Part shown: positions 39,761 to 49,201 of the stretch, one piece after another
Position numbering within the stretch: the stretch's first letter is position 1
Layout: the number at the start of each line of letters is the position of its first letter
NCBI GenBank assembly: GCA_963676395.1
Contig: OY781066.1
Location: 1,312,001 to 1,376,000, forward strand
Source of the DNA: a bacterium
Lineage (GTDB): Bacteria; Fidelibacterota; Fidelibacteria; Fidelibacterales; Fidelibacteraceae
DNA: 64,000 nucleotides
Direction of reading: 5' to 3'
Notes under the pieces: model-generated
The model's input: the letters and a program-made list of their open reading frames with translations, nothing else
Databases searched by the model: none
What the model was told of the DNA's origin: nothing
Made by a program: the position numbers and the translations under genes

Positions 39761-40965
39761 GTAAGTTAGGACAAATGCCAGATGCACAAGGAAACTTTGG
39801 AGAATACGGTGGACAAATTTTACCTCCACCCCTTATTGAGGTTATGAACGGCATTGCTGAAGAATATGAGAGAATTAGAAATACAACGGAATTTACCGAA
39901 GAATTATATGATTTATATACTCACTATGTAGGTCGCCCTTCCCCCATTTTTCATGCCAAAAATTTGTCTAAGAAATTGGGCGGAGCGCAGATCTATTTCA
40001 AACGAGAAGACCTGAACCACACCGGTGCTCATAAGATCAACCATTGTCTGGGTGAAGCCCTACTTGCAAAAGCCATGGGCAAGAAGAAGATCCTGGCGGA
40101 AACCGGTGCCGGACAACATGGCGTTGCTCTCGCAACGGCCGCAGCCCTTGTCGGATTGGAATGTGATATTTATATGGGCGAAGTGGACATAGCAAAGGAG
40201 CATCCGAATGTTATCCGAATGCAGATCCTGGGTGCACGAGTGATCCCTGTTGCTCAAGGTACAAAAACGCTGAAAGACGCCGTGGATGCGGCATTTGTAG
40301 CCTATGTTGAAGATCCTGTAACTCAGCTTTATGCTATCGGATCTGTTGTTGGTCCTCATCCTTTCCCTGCCATGGTAAGGGATTTTCAGTCGGTTGTCGG
40401 TCGCGAAGCCAAAGAACAATTTCAACAAATGACCGGCAAACTTCCCGATACGCTCATGGCCTGTGTAGGTGGTGGTTCGAACTCTATTGGCCTATTTACG
40501 GAATTTCTTGAAGATGATGTGGACATTTACGGTGTTGAGCCGGCGGGATTGAGTTTTAAACCCGGTGAGCATGCAGCAACTATGACCCTGGGTAAACCCG
40601 GTGTGATCCATGGATTTAAATGTCATCTATTACAGGATGAAAAAGGTGAGCCATCACCGGTATATTCCGTTGCATCCGGTTTAGACTATCCGGGAGTCGG
40701 GCCTCAACATAGTTATTTGAAAGATATTGAGCGTATTAAATATGTAACAGCCAATGATAAAGAGGCCATTGATGCCTTCTTTGAAATCTCGCGAGTTGAG
40801 GGCATTATCCCGGCGCTTGAATCGGCTCATGCCATTGCGTATGTCATGAAACTGGCTCCGACATTACCTAAAGATCACACGATTCTTGTTAATCTTTCCG
40901 GTCGCGGTGATAAAGATATTGATTTTGTTGTCGATAAATATGGTAAGGATTACGGTATAGAATAA
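39757..40965 (+). CDS. trpB: Tryptophan synthase beta chain (no adjacent trpA)
   Basis: [14 protein letters not shown] (PLP Lys), [34 protein letters not shown]. Confidence 0.97.
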   Translation: MSKLGQMPDAQGNFGEYGGQILPPPLIEVMNGIAEEYERIRNTTEFTEELYDLYTHYVGRPSPIFHAKNLSKKLGGAQIYFKREDLNHTGAHKINHCLGEALLAKAMGKKKILAETGAGQHGVALATAAALVGLECDIYMGEVDIAKEHPNVIRMQILGARVIPVAQGTKTLKDAVDAAFVAYVEDPVTQLYAIGSVVGPHPFPAMVRDFQSVVGREAKEQFQQMTGKLPDTLMACVGGGSNSIGLFTEFLEDDVDIYGVEPAGLSFKPGEHAATMTLGKPGVIHGFKCHLLQDEKGEPSPVYSVASGLDYPGVGPQHSYLKDIERIKYVTANDKEAIDAFFEISRVEGIIPALESAHAIAYVMKLAPTLPKDHTILVNLSGRGDKDIDFVVDKYGKDYGIE

Positions 40966-40991
40966 GATTTTGACACTTGATAAATAGACAG

Positions 40992-41016
40992 AAAAAGGCG
41001 CGGAAGCGCCTTTTTT
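40992..41016. terminator. Bidirectional intrinsic terminator
   Basis: AAAAAGGCGC-ggaa-GCGCCTTTTTT between convergent trpB and the histidine kinase gene. Confidence 0.85.
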
Positions 41017-41127
41017 ATTTTAAACTATATTTGATTCGAATCATATTAATAAATTCTATTCAACATGAGAGATATGTGGTTAGGTATTGATCAGTTGAAC
41101 AATTGAACTAAGATGGATTTTTATTGA

Positions 41128-43041
41128 TTATTTAAAAAGCTCTAGTAACAGCTTTTTAACTTCATTTTCTTGTATGGGCTTCGTAAGATGACCGCTAAAA
41201 CCACTTTGAATGATTTTTTCATGGTCATCATCAAAAGCATAAGCAGTTTGAGCAAGAATGATAATATCTTTGTTAAATTCTCTGATTGTTTTTGTAGCCG
41301 TGTAGCCATCCATTATGGGCATTTTCAGATCCATCATAATAAGATCAAGATCCGGATTTTCTTTACATATGCGCACTGCTTCTTTGCCATTAGGAGCGTG
41401 GATAATATTTTCAGCAAAATTTTGCATAATAATATTTAAATATAAAAACGATGGCATGTCATCTTCTGCAATAAGGATGTTGAGTTTTGAGGTGTCCTTT
41501 GTTTTTGTGGGTGAAGATTGCTTTTGAGGAATATCTATAATATCATCTTTTTGGGTAAGGGGAATTGTAAAATAGAATCTTGAACCATTATTGGGTTCGG
41601 AGATAAGTTTCAGTTCACCTTTCATTAATTCGACATAAGCTTTACAGATAGATAATCCCAAACCCGCTCCTTCGTATGGTTTAGAAATTCTATCATCAGC
41701 TTGTATAAACCTTTTAAAGATCTCTTCATGCTTTTCCTTTGGAATGCCAATGCCGGTATCTTCAACATAGAATAAGAGAGAATTGAACCGTTTTTCACAT
41801 CCGAATTTAATCTGTCCCTTGTCTGTAAATTTAATGGCATTCTTGATTAAATTGCTTAAGATGACTTCTAATTTGTCTTTATCACCTAAGAGATTCAGAT
41901 CACTTTTGCATACTTTTTTAAGTTTGATATTCTTGTTTTTGCATTCCGGCATAAAAAAGTTTTCAAGATAACTTAGGAGTTCATTTACGTCAATATGAGA
42001 ATTGAAAATTTTAACTTGTTTTGCTTCGATTTTTGAAATATCTATCAAATCATTGATCAAATTCAGCATGCGCTTAGAAGAATGTTCAATTACATCTAGA
42101 TATTCATTATGCTTTTCAATACTGAGACCTTTTTTTCTTAGCAGTCGAGTAAAACCCATTATTCCATTCATGGGGGTGCGGATCTCATGACTCATATTTG
42201 CCAGAAAAGCGGATTTTAAATGATCTGATTCTTTTGCTTTTTCAAGTGCTCTCTTTAGATCAAGTTCACTTTGTTTTTGTTGGGTAATATCGCGAACGAT
42301 AGCAAACGTGGCAGGATGATCTCTGTAATTAATTATTTGATAGTTCACGTCTACATTTATTACATCGCCATTTTTTTTAGTAAAAGAAGTTTCATAATAA
42401 TTAGGAAGTTTTTCGCCAAAATTCCTTTGCATATTTCTATTGTGCAGTTCTTTGAGTCCATTCTTGGTATAAATGTCCCTAAATGTGATCTTGTGAAATT
42501 CCTCAGGAGAGTAATCAAGCATTTCGGCAAAACGATTATTATAATAAATAAATGTATCATTCTGAGAAATTAAAATTCCATCGTTGGCATTTTCAACGAT
42601 TAAACGGTATTTTTCCTCACTGATTTTCAACTCTTCTTCATGTAATTTACTTTGAGTGATATCAGAAAAGATCACAGCAAAATAATTGTCACTTCCGGGA
42701 ATGACAGATATTTTATAAATTTTTCCCGGGTTTAGTTTTTTGTCTTCAAAAAACTCAGGGAGCCTGGATTTTAAGACACGTTTGCAGATATGAATAAATG
42801 GAATGGATTCGACGCCCAATAATTCTTTTAGGGACTTGTTGATCGCTTTTTTTGAATTTGTATCAAATTGTTCTTCAATGGTCGAATTCATATCTTTGAT
42901 AATAAAATCAATGGCTTCACCTTGATCGTCAAAGATCATTTCGAATATAACCACGCCTTCTTCAATCATAAAATAAAGGTTTTTATATAGCCCTTCATTG
43001 GCGTTTAGATTACTCGGCAGGTCAGTTACCTTGTTACTCAT
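41128..43041 (-). CDS. Cytoplasmic PAS-PAS hybrid sensor histidine kinase/response regulator
   Basis: Two PAS-like regions, H-box MSHEIRTPMN, NAIKFT, DTGIG, GAGLGL; receiver domain AEDD...MDLKMP...KP. Confidence 0.93.
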   Translation of the reverse strand: MSNKVTDLPSNLNANEGLYKNLYFMIEEGVVIFEMIFDDQGEAIDFIIKDMNSTIEEQFDTNSKKAINKSLKELLGVESIPFIHICKRVLKSRLPEFFEDKKLNPGKIYKISVIPGSDNYFAVIFSDITQSKLHEEELKISEEKYRLIVENANDGILISQNDTFIYYNNRFAEMLDYSPEEFHKITFRDIYTKNGLKELHNRNMQRNFGEKLPNYYETSFTKKNGDVINVDVNYQIINYRDHPATFAIVRDITQQKQSELDLKRALEKAKESDHLKSAFLANMSHEIRTPMNGIMGFTRLLRKKGLSIEKHNEYLDVIEHSSKRMLNLINDLIDISKIEAKQVKIFNSHIDVNELLSYLENFFMPECKNKNIKLKKVCKSDLNLLGDKDKLEVILSNLIKNAIKFTDKGQIKFGCEKRFNSLLFYVEDTGIGIPKEKHEEIFKRFIQADDRISKPYEGAGLGLSICKAYVELMKGELKLISEPNNGSRFYFTIPLTQKDDIIDIPQKQSSPTKTKDTSKLNILIAEDDMPSFLYLNIIMQNFAENIIHAPNGKEAVRICKENPDLDLIMMDLKMPIMDGYTATKTIREFNKDIIILAQTAYAFDDDHEKIIQSGFSGHLTKPIQENEVKKLLLELFK

Positions 43042-43205
43042 TCATTCCCTCTGCTCTAATTAATAATACATTTGAATTATAATTTAACACAGCGAAGAGG
43101 GAAATGAAATATAAATATATTTCAATGGGATAGAATACTGTCTTGTTGCTTGAAAGTTACATATATAATTTTTACATTATCGTGTATAACAACTGAGGAT
43201 TAAAC

Positions 43206-43955
43206 ATGAAAAAGATTATATTAATATTATTATTGGGCTTGGCCTTAGTATCCTGTGAAAAAATCAATGTTATGACTTATAATATTCATGCTAGCAGAGG
43301 TATGGATAAAGTTTTTGATGCGAAGAGAATTGCGACGGTCATAAACGAGCAATCTCCGGATCTTGTCGCATTACAAGAAGTTGATATTCTTACTCAAAGA
43401 AGCGGTCCCACAGATATTCTTGCTGTATTAATGCAAGAAACCGGAATGAGTGGAATTTTTATGAAGACCTTCAACTATCAAGGCGGTGAGTTTGGGAATG
43501 CGGTGCTTACACGTTATCCGATCATCGACAGTAAAGTATATCGTTTGCCATCCAGAGAAGAATACGAACCTCGTTTGATGATGCTTGTTCGTTGTTTAAG
43601 TGACAGGGGGGATACGATTTATTTCTACAATGTCCATTTAGATCATCACTTAAAGGATTCTGATAGACCTCAACAAGCCGACATGATCGTTGAATCAATA
43701 GATTATAACAAGAATGTTATTCTTGCCGGAGATTTTAATTGCGAGCCTGGCAGTCCATCACTTTCGGTAATAGAAACCACTTTAATGCGCAGCTTTGCAA
43801 AGGAAGCAAGCTATCCTTCCGATATTCCTTCACGATTGATCGACCACATTTTTTATTCTCATGATAATGGGTTAAGATTATGTAATGTTAAAGTTGTCGA
43901 TGAAAAGCTTGCATCAGATCACCGACCGGTTGTGGCGACATTAAGAATAAAATAA
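43206..43955 (+). CDS. Endonuclease/exonuclease/phosphatase-family lipoprotein
   Basis: Lipobox LVS-C; MTYNIH, ALQEVD, HLDH, GDFN, IDHIF, SDHRP. Confidence 0.88.
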   Translation: MKKIILILLLGLALVSCEKINVMTYNIHASRGMDKVFDAKRIATVINEQSPDLVALQEVDILTQRSGPTDILAVLMQETGMSGIFMKTFNYQGGEFGNAVLTRYPIIDSKVYRLPSREEYEPRLMMLVRCLSDRGDTIYFYNVHLDHHLKDSDRPQQADMIVESIDYNKNVILAGDFNCEPGSPSLSVIETTLMRSFAKEASYPSDIPSRLIDHIFYSHDNGLRLCNVKVVDEKLASDHRPVVATLRIK

Positions 43956-44011
43956 TTTAAGAAAATACGATTTTAAGGCCTAGTGCCCTTTTTCATTTTA
44001 TTGGGTGAAAT

Positions 44012-44035
44012 AAAAAAGCAGAGATAATTCTCTGC
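44012..44035 (-). terminator. Terminator downstream of tRNA-Leu
   Basis: Minus strand GCAGAGA-atta-TCTCTGC followed by TTTTTT. Confidence 0.75.
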
Positions 44036-44045
44036 ATATTTTAAG

Positions 44046-44129
44046 TACCCGGGGCGGGATTTGAACCCGCATGTCCGTAAGGACACTAGACCCTGAACCT
44101 AGCGCGTCTGCCAATTTCGCCACCCGGGC
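44046..44129 (-). tRNA. tRNA-Leu (anticodon CAG)
   Basis: Minus strand GCCCGGGTGGCGAAATTGGCAGACGCGCTAGGTTCAGGGTCTAGTGTCCTTACGGACATGCGGGTTCAAATCCCGCCCCGGGTA: acceptor stem, D-arm, CAG loop, long variable arm, TTCAAAT T-loop; full CCA not encoded. Confidence 0.97.
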
Positions 44130-44141
44130 TGATGTTCAATC

Positions 44142-44480
44142 TTATTTCTTCTCTTCAGCCTGGAGACGTTCGGCCTCAGATTCAAGCGTAGAAATTGTTG
44201 CTTTCAATTCGTTGATCTGAGTTAGCATTTCATCTAAGTTTTCAATGCCGCTCATATCAAAAGTTTTATTTTCGGTGGCGAAAATACTGGTAGTTTCACC
44301 TAATTCTTGATAGCATTTTAAAAGAACACGACGGGTTTGGAAAATTTCATATTTCAATTTACCCAATCGGCCAAAGTCATTTGCTTTTTCTTTAGTGGTC
44401 TGGTAAGCTTCATCAATTTTGGGACTCAGACTTTCCCACCACTGTGCTAATTTACTTTTCGTTTTTGCGTATGTTTCCAT
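44142..44480 (-). CDS. Small coiled-coil hypothetical protein
   Basis: GGAG RBS before ATG 44480; helical, charged composition. Confidence 0.7.
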   Translation of the reverse strand: METYAKTKSKLAQWWESLSPKIDEAYQTTKEKANDFGRLGKLKYEIFQTRRVLLKCYQELGETTSIFATENKTFDMSGIENLDEMLTQINELKATISTLESEAERLQAEEKK

Positions 44481-44554
44481 ATTCACTCCAATCAACCGCT
44501 CAATTTACATGATAATCATGCGCGTGTCAATACTTAAAGACCATTTCTAAAAAA

Positions 44555-46180
44555 TCAAACCTTAATAACAACTTTGTTATTTACGGAGATTACACCTTCA
44601 TTGTTTATTCGTCCGATCGTACTGGATGTTATGTTTAGGTTAGACGTGATTCGAGCCAGGTCGATGAGATGTTTTTCCTTTATACTGACTAAAGCCGCTG
44701 CTTGGTGTTCTCCATAGATGAATAGTTGCTCCGGACCTTTTCTTTCCGAATATATCGTTGCACCGTTCCCTTTTCTGGATGCTTTATGCAAGGCTGTGAT
44801 CAAACCACCACGATGGATGTAATTAGCTGTTGTAAGGATATTTTTATTTTTGCAATCTTCGATAACATCGACTAAAGCGGCAAGGGTTGCCGTCATAACC
44901 CCCGGTGGAGTAAATGGCGTATCATAACCTAACACATTTGCATAAGCAGATCCCTTAAGCTCTCCATTAGGATCGCCGATCAAACATAGAAAATCACCTT
45001 CTTTCTCAAATTGATCGGGAATAAAACAATCTTCTTTTGTACAAATAAAAAAGAGTTTAAGCTTATCGCTATCACCCGAAACAATGCAATTGTTTGCCAT
45101 TGGAATACCAAAAAGTTTTGCGGATTTAGCAATCACATTAAGTGTAGAGTCTATATCATGGGGAGACTCGGAAATGCTTTGGGCAAAATATGAAAGAGCT
45201 AAAGGCTTATAGCCACGATAGTATAATGAGACTATTGATGAGATTGTATGTTGGTTTAGCCCATTCGGCGTAAATGATAATGAAGATAAGGGAAAATTAA
45301 TAATATAAAGATCAGGGATATCATCAAATTTTAATTTTTTGGGCGGATTGTTTTTTTCTTCATTTTCAACAAATTCGATTAACTTCTCAAGAATATTTTC
45401 CGGCTCGTTTTTCAGTTCAATGCTTTCAGTTTTAGTTTCTTGGATTTCTTGAGTGGTTTTGGATGTTTGGATTTTATTTTGAAGTAAAAAAAGCTGTTTT
45501 AGACTGGCAATGGGAAGTTCAAAGTTTGCTGTCTCGTTTTCCAGTGTAATGATGGGAATAGAAATAGTTTTACCAATAAAGGCGGGAATTGTATCTAAAT
45601 CTTGAATTGCATTTTTAAAATTTCTATCCTGATGTTCCGGAACGATATATATTAAACCGTTTTTATATGGTTTAAGAAGACGTCGCGCAGATGCTGTAAG
45701 AAGTATGCCGGCTTTTGTTTCGTTACACATGGCACATAAGCGTTCCCAGGGTGTTTCATCCTGAATAAGGGCAATGTGATCGGCAAATTGAGAAACGGTT
45801 TTTAGTTTATTTTCGGTTTCATGTCTGCTTGTATTTTGTAAATATATATGGTAGTTGTTTATACGCGCATTTAAGTGCTTTGCATTTTCGGGTTTTGTAA
45901 AACCAAGCATGATGGTGCCTTGATCATGGCTATAGCATTCGGAACCATTTAATTGGCGTGTAGAAATATCTAAACAACAACGAAGTTTGTTGGTATGATT
46001 CGAAACATACATATAGTGTTCGTCATCGATATTTATAAATAGTGTTTTAGATTCGTTGTAGCGGGCAAAGCGTTTATCTTTATCAAAGGTTTCCGGATCA
46101 AAACATTGAAAAAATTTCATTTCGCCGCTTGTGGGATTATGTCCCAAGATTTTGCTGAGTTGAGTTGTAAATAAATTCAT
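44555..46180 (-). CDS. Degenerate PurL/AIR-synthase-related protein
   Basis: N-terminal LGHNPT..E and C-terminal GDFLCLIG...KGSAY...GGL..AL...GE....LVS...IGR match the PurL layout, but the catalytic motifs are missing. Confidence 0.6.
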   Translation of the reverse strand: MNLFTTQLSKILGHNPTSGEMKFFQCFDPETFDKDKRFARYNESKTLFINIDDEHYMYVSNHTNKLRCCLDISTRQLNGSECYSHDQGTIMLGFTKPENAKHLNARINNYHIYLQNTSRHETENKLKTVSQFADHIALIQDETPWERLCAMCNETKAGILLTASARRLLKPYKNGLIYIVPEHQDRNFKNAIQDLDTIPAFIGKTISIPIITLENETANFELPIASLKQLFLLQNKIQTSKTTQEIQETKTESIELKNEPENILEKLIEFVENEEKNNPPKKLKFDDIPDLYIINFPLSSLSFTPNGLNQHTISSIVSLYYRGYKPLALSYFAQSISESPHDIDSTLNVIAKSAKLFGIPMANNCIVSGDSDKLKLFFICTKEDCFIPDQFEKEGDFLCLIGDPNGELKGSAYANVLGYDTPFTPPGVMTATLAALVDVIEDCKNKNILTTANYIHRGGLITALHKASRKGNGATIYSERKGPEQLFIYGEHQAAALVSIKEKHLIDLARITSNLNITSSTIGRINNEGVISVNNKVVIKV

Positions 46181-46265
46181 AATTAAAAATAGCTCATAAC
46201 TAATTAAAATCCAACTTGTCATTGAGGGCTTTTAATGATAATTTCAAAAATAATTTGGAGTAAAA

Positions 46266-47642
46266 ATGAGTGTTAAAACAGTATCCTCTATATTAAATAA
46301 GCAACGAGATTTCTTTGCAAGTGGTAGAAGTAAAGAAATGGCTTTTCGTAAGAAATCATTAAGAGATCTGAAAAAAGCAATTCAAGCTAATGAAGCGGCT
46401 TTATTTAAAGCTTTAGAACTGGATCTTGGAAAAAGTGCGTTTGAAGCTTATGCATCTGAGATTGGACTGGTATTGCATGAGATATCCTATCATATTAGAC
46501 ACATGGATGCATGGAATGCTGTCAAAAGAAAAGCATCCCCAATAAGTATTTTTCCCTCTAAAAGTTATGTCAGACAAGAACCTTATGGTGTCTGTTTGAT
46601 CATGGCCCCTTGGAATTATCCTTTTGGCTTATTGATGACACCATTAATTGGTGCAATTTCTGCAGGGAATTGCGTTATTCTTAAACCTGCAAATTATTCA
46701 AAAAATACTTCAAAAATTATTGAAAAGATTATCAAAGAAACCTTTCCGGAAGAATATATTTCTGTTTTTTGGGGCGGAAGGGAAGTTAACACGGAATTAC
46801 TGAATGAAACTTACGATTATGTGTTTTTTACCGGTGGCCCTGTATTGGGTAAGATCGTGGCAGAAAAAGCTGCGCAGAGTTTTACTCCATTAACTCTAGA
46901 GTTGGGTGGTAAAAGTCCTTGCATCGTTGATGAAGATGCAAACTTAAAAAAAGCGGCAAAACGTATCGTATGGGGAAAGTTTCTGAACCTTGGTCAAACT
47001 TGTATAGCACCTGACCACTTGTATGTTCACACATCCATTAAAGAAAAATTTATAAGCTATCTTATTAAAGAAATCAAGTCCCAGTATGGAGATGATCCCT
47101 CTAAAAGTCCTGATCTTGGTCACCTGATAAATTCAAAAGCATTCGATAGGATAGTGGGTTATGTCGAAGAAGCCAGGATAATATATGGTGGAGAATATAA
47201 CAAAGAGCGCTTATTTTTGGAACCTACATTGCTGGACGTTTCGGAAGAGGACTCCCCGGTTATGAAAGAAGAGATATTTGGCCCGGTTTTGCCTGTTATT
47301 AAATTTAACAGTATCGAAAACCTTGTCGCGGAACAGATCAAAAAAGATAAACCACTAGCCATGTATTATTTTACATCATCTAAAAAGAAAGCAGAGATGG
47401 TGATGAATAGCGTTGATTCGGGAGGTGTTTGTATCAATGATGTGCTTGTTCAGTTCGTGAGTTCAAAGATCCCATTTGGGGGAGTGGGAAATAGTGGCAT
47501 GGGCGCATATCATGGGAAATACAGTTTTAATACCTTTAGTCGTTCACGGGGTATGATCCGGTCCGGTGTTTTTGTAGATATCCCGGTAAAGTTTGCCCCA
47601 TATAAAAATAAATTGTCGCTTTTAAAAAGTATAATTAAATAA
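46266..47642 (+). CDS. NAD(P)-dependent aldehyde dehydrogenase (ALDH3-like)
   Basis: PWNYP, FFTGG, LELGGKSP, GQTCIAPD (catalytic Cys), EEIFGP, PFGGVG.SG.G.YHG. Confidence 0.93.
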   Translation: MSVKTVSSILNKQRDFFASGRSKEMAFRKKSLRDLKKAIQANEAALFKALELDLGKSAFEAYASEIGLVLHEISYHIRHMDAWNAVKRKASPISIFPSKSYVRQEPYGVCLIMAPWNYPFGLLMTPLIGAISAGNCVILKPANYSKNTSKIIEKIIKETFPEEYISVFWGGREVNTELLNETYDYVFFTGGPVLGKIVAEKAAQSFTPLTLELGGKSPCIVDEDANLKKAAKRIVWGKFLNLGQTCIAPDHLYVHTSIKEKFISYLIKEIKSQYGDDPSKSPDLGHLINSKAFDRIVGYVEEARIIYGGEYNKERLFLEPTLLDVSEEDSPVMKEEIFGPVLPVIKFNSIENLVAEQIKKDKPLAMYYFTSSKKKAEMVMNSVDSGGVCINDVLVQFVSSKIPFGGVGNSGMGAYHGKYSFNTFSRSRGMIRSGVFVDIPVKFAPYKNKLSLLKSIIK

Positions 47643-47649
47643 AATACAG

Positions 47650-49056
47650 TTAGGTTTTAACCAACCTTGCTACAGTTTCTATATGTGCTGTATGTGGAAA
47701 CATGTCAACCGGCTGGATCTTTTCGGTTTTATAACCGGCTTCTGCAAGAAGTGCAATATCACGTGCTTGGGTTGAAGGATTGCAGCTGACATAGATGATG
47801 ACGGGTGGTATTAATTCTATTAGTTGCTTAATGAATTTAGGGTTAAGCCCGGCCCTTGGAGGATCCACGATTGCCAGATCCGGCTTAGGTAGTGAGTTGA
47901 TCAGCTTTTGATTACTTTGTAAAAAGGTATCCAAGTTGGCTTCATAGAAACGACAATGGTTTACATTGTTTTTTTGAGCATTCATTTTGGCATTATTAAC
48001 GGCATCTTTTACTATCTCAAAGCCGATAACTTCTTTTACTTTATCTGCTATGTATAGGGAAATGGAGCCAGCCCCAGAATAAAAATCCCATGCAACCATG
48101 TTGTCATTAAGTTGTGCATATTCTACAATTGTATTGTAGAGTTGTTCAGCACCTTTAGTATTGGTTTGGAAAAATGAATTTGCCGAGATCTCATATTCGA
48201 GCCCGCCTAAAGAGTCGTGAATAACCTGATTTCCATACAAGAGAATTTCTTTTTCACCAATAGAGTGATCCCCCTTTGAATTGGTAATATTGTTCACAAT
48301 AGCAGTCACGGCCGGATGTTTTTCCTTAATCTTTTTAACAAGAAGGTCTAATAGTTTAAGGTCTTCATAGCGAGTAATAATATTTACCATGATCTCTCCG
48401 CTATGTTCACCTTTTCGGATCATAACAGAACGAAGAAAACCGGTCCATTCTCTTGGGTTATTCAAAGTAATATCATTTTGTCTGGCCCAATCTTTGATCG
48501 TTTTAAACACGGCATTTCGTTCATCATCCTGTAATAGGCAGTGATCAATATCCAGGATCTTGTCAAAGCGACTCGGTGCATGAAGTCCTATGGCAAAACT
48601 TTCGTCTGTCCCCGGGTCGTTTTCTTTGAGCTTCCAACGGGATGAACCTGCCGAAAAATCCATTTTATTGCGATAAGCAAATACTTCGGGTGCCGCTAAA
48701 GTATTCATGATAGGGATATCAGGCATTTTTACCAGATGTGTAAACACATCCTTTACTTGGTCGGTTTTAATCTTTAATTGTGCTTCATAATTCAGATTTT
48801 GAAATTTGCAACCACCACAATCATTAAAATATGTGCAAGGGGCTTTGGTATAATCCGGAGATTGTTCAATGATCTCTTTGATCAGGGCTTCTGCGTATCC
48901 GGCTTTTTTCTTGATGATAAGCGCTTTAACTTTTTGTCCCGGAAGGGCATCTCTGACAAAGATGACAAAATCATCAATTCTAGCAATACCTTTTGCCCCA
49001 AAAGCAATACTTTCAATATATAATTCTACAATTTGGTTTTTTTTGATCTCAAGCAT
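47650..49056 (-). CDS. rlmD: 23S rRNA m5U methyltransferase (RlmD/TrmA family)
   Basis: TRAM domain, C....CGGC Fe-S motif, SFFQTN, DPPRAG, YVSCNP, DMFPHTAHIE. Confidence 0.9.
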   Translation of the reverse strand: MLEIKKNQIVELYIESIAFGAKGIARIDDFVIFVRDALPGQKVKALIIKKKAGYAEALIKEIIEQSPDYTKAPCTYFNDCGGCKFQNLNYEAQLKIKTDQVKDVFTHLVKMPDIPIMNTLAAPEVFAYRNKMDFSAGSSRWKLKENDPGTDESFAIGLHAPSRFDKILDIDHCLLQDDERNAVFKTIKDWARQNDITLNNPREWTGFLRSVMIRKGEHSGEIMVNIITRYEDLKLLDLLVKKIKEKHPAVTAIVNNITNSKGDHSIGEKEILLYGNQVIHDSLGGLEYEISANSFFQTNTKGAEQLYNTIVEYAQLNDNMVAWDFYSGAGSISLYIADKVKEVIGFEIVKDAVNNAKMNAQKNNVNHCRFYEANLDTFLQSNQKLINSLPKPDLAIVDPPRAGLNPKFIKQLIELIPPVIIYVSCNPSTQARDIALLAEAGYKTEKIQPVDMFPHTAHIETVARLVKT

Positions 49057-49092
49057 TTAAATTCTCTGTAATTAATTGTCGCTATTTAATTC

Positions 49093-49124
49093 AACAGCCC
49101 TGGGTTTAAACCCAAGGCTATTGA
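49093..49124. repeat. Dispersed palindromic repeat, copy 2
   Basis: AACAGCCCTGGGTTTAAACCCAAGGCTATTGA; inverted near-copy of 30224-30255. Confidence 0.75.
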
Positions 49125-49155
49125 AAACTTACACTCTGTTTGTTTTAAATCAAAA

Positions 49156-49180
49156 TGAAAAAGGGCACGGTTGTGCCCTT
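49156..49180 (-). terminator. Terminator after the 754-aa LVIVD lipoprotein gene
   Basis: Minus strand AAGGGCAC-aacc-GTGCCCTT followed by TTT. Confidence 0.65.
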
Positions 49181-49201
49181 GATATGTTTTTCATTTTAAT
49201 T

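Noticed and set aside
41128..44129. AT-rich kinase and EEP genes downstream of tRNA-Leu as a possible integrated island
   Set aside because: No integrase and no duplicated tRNA 3' end seen; the tRNA has its own terminator immediately downstream.
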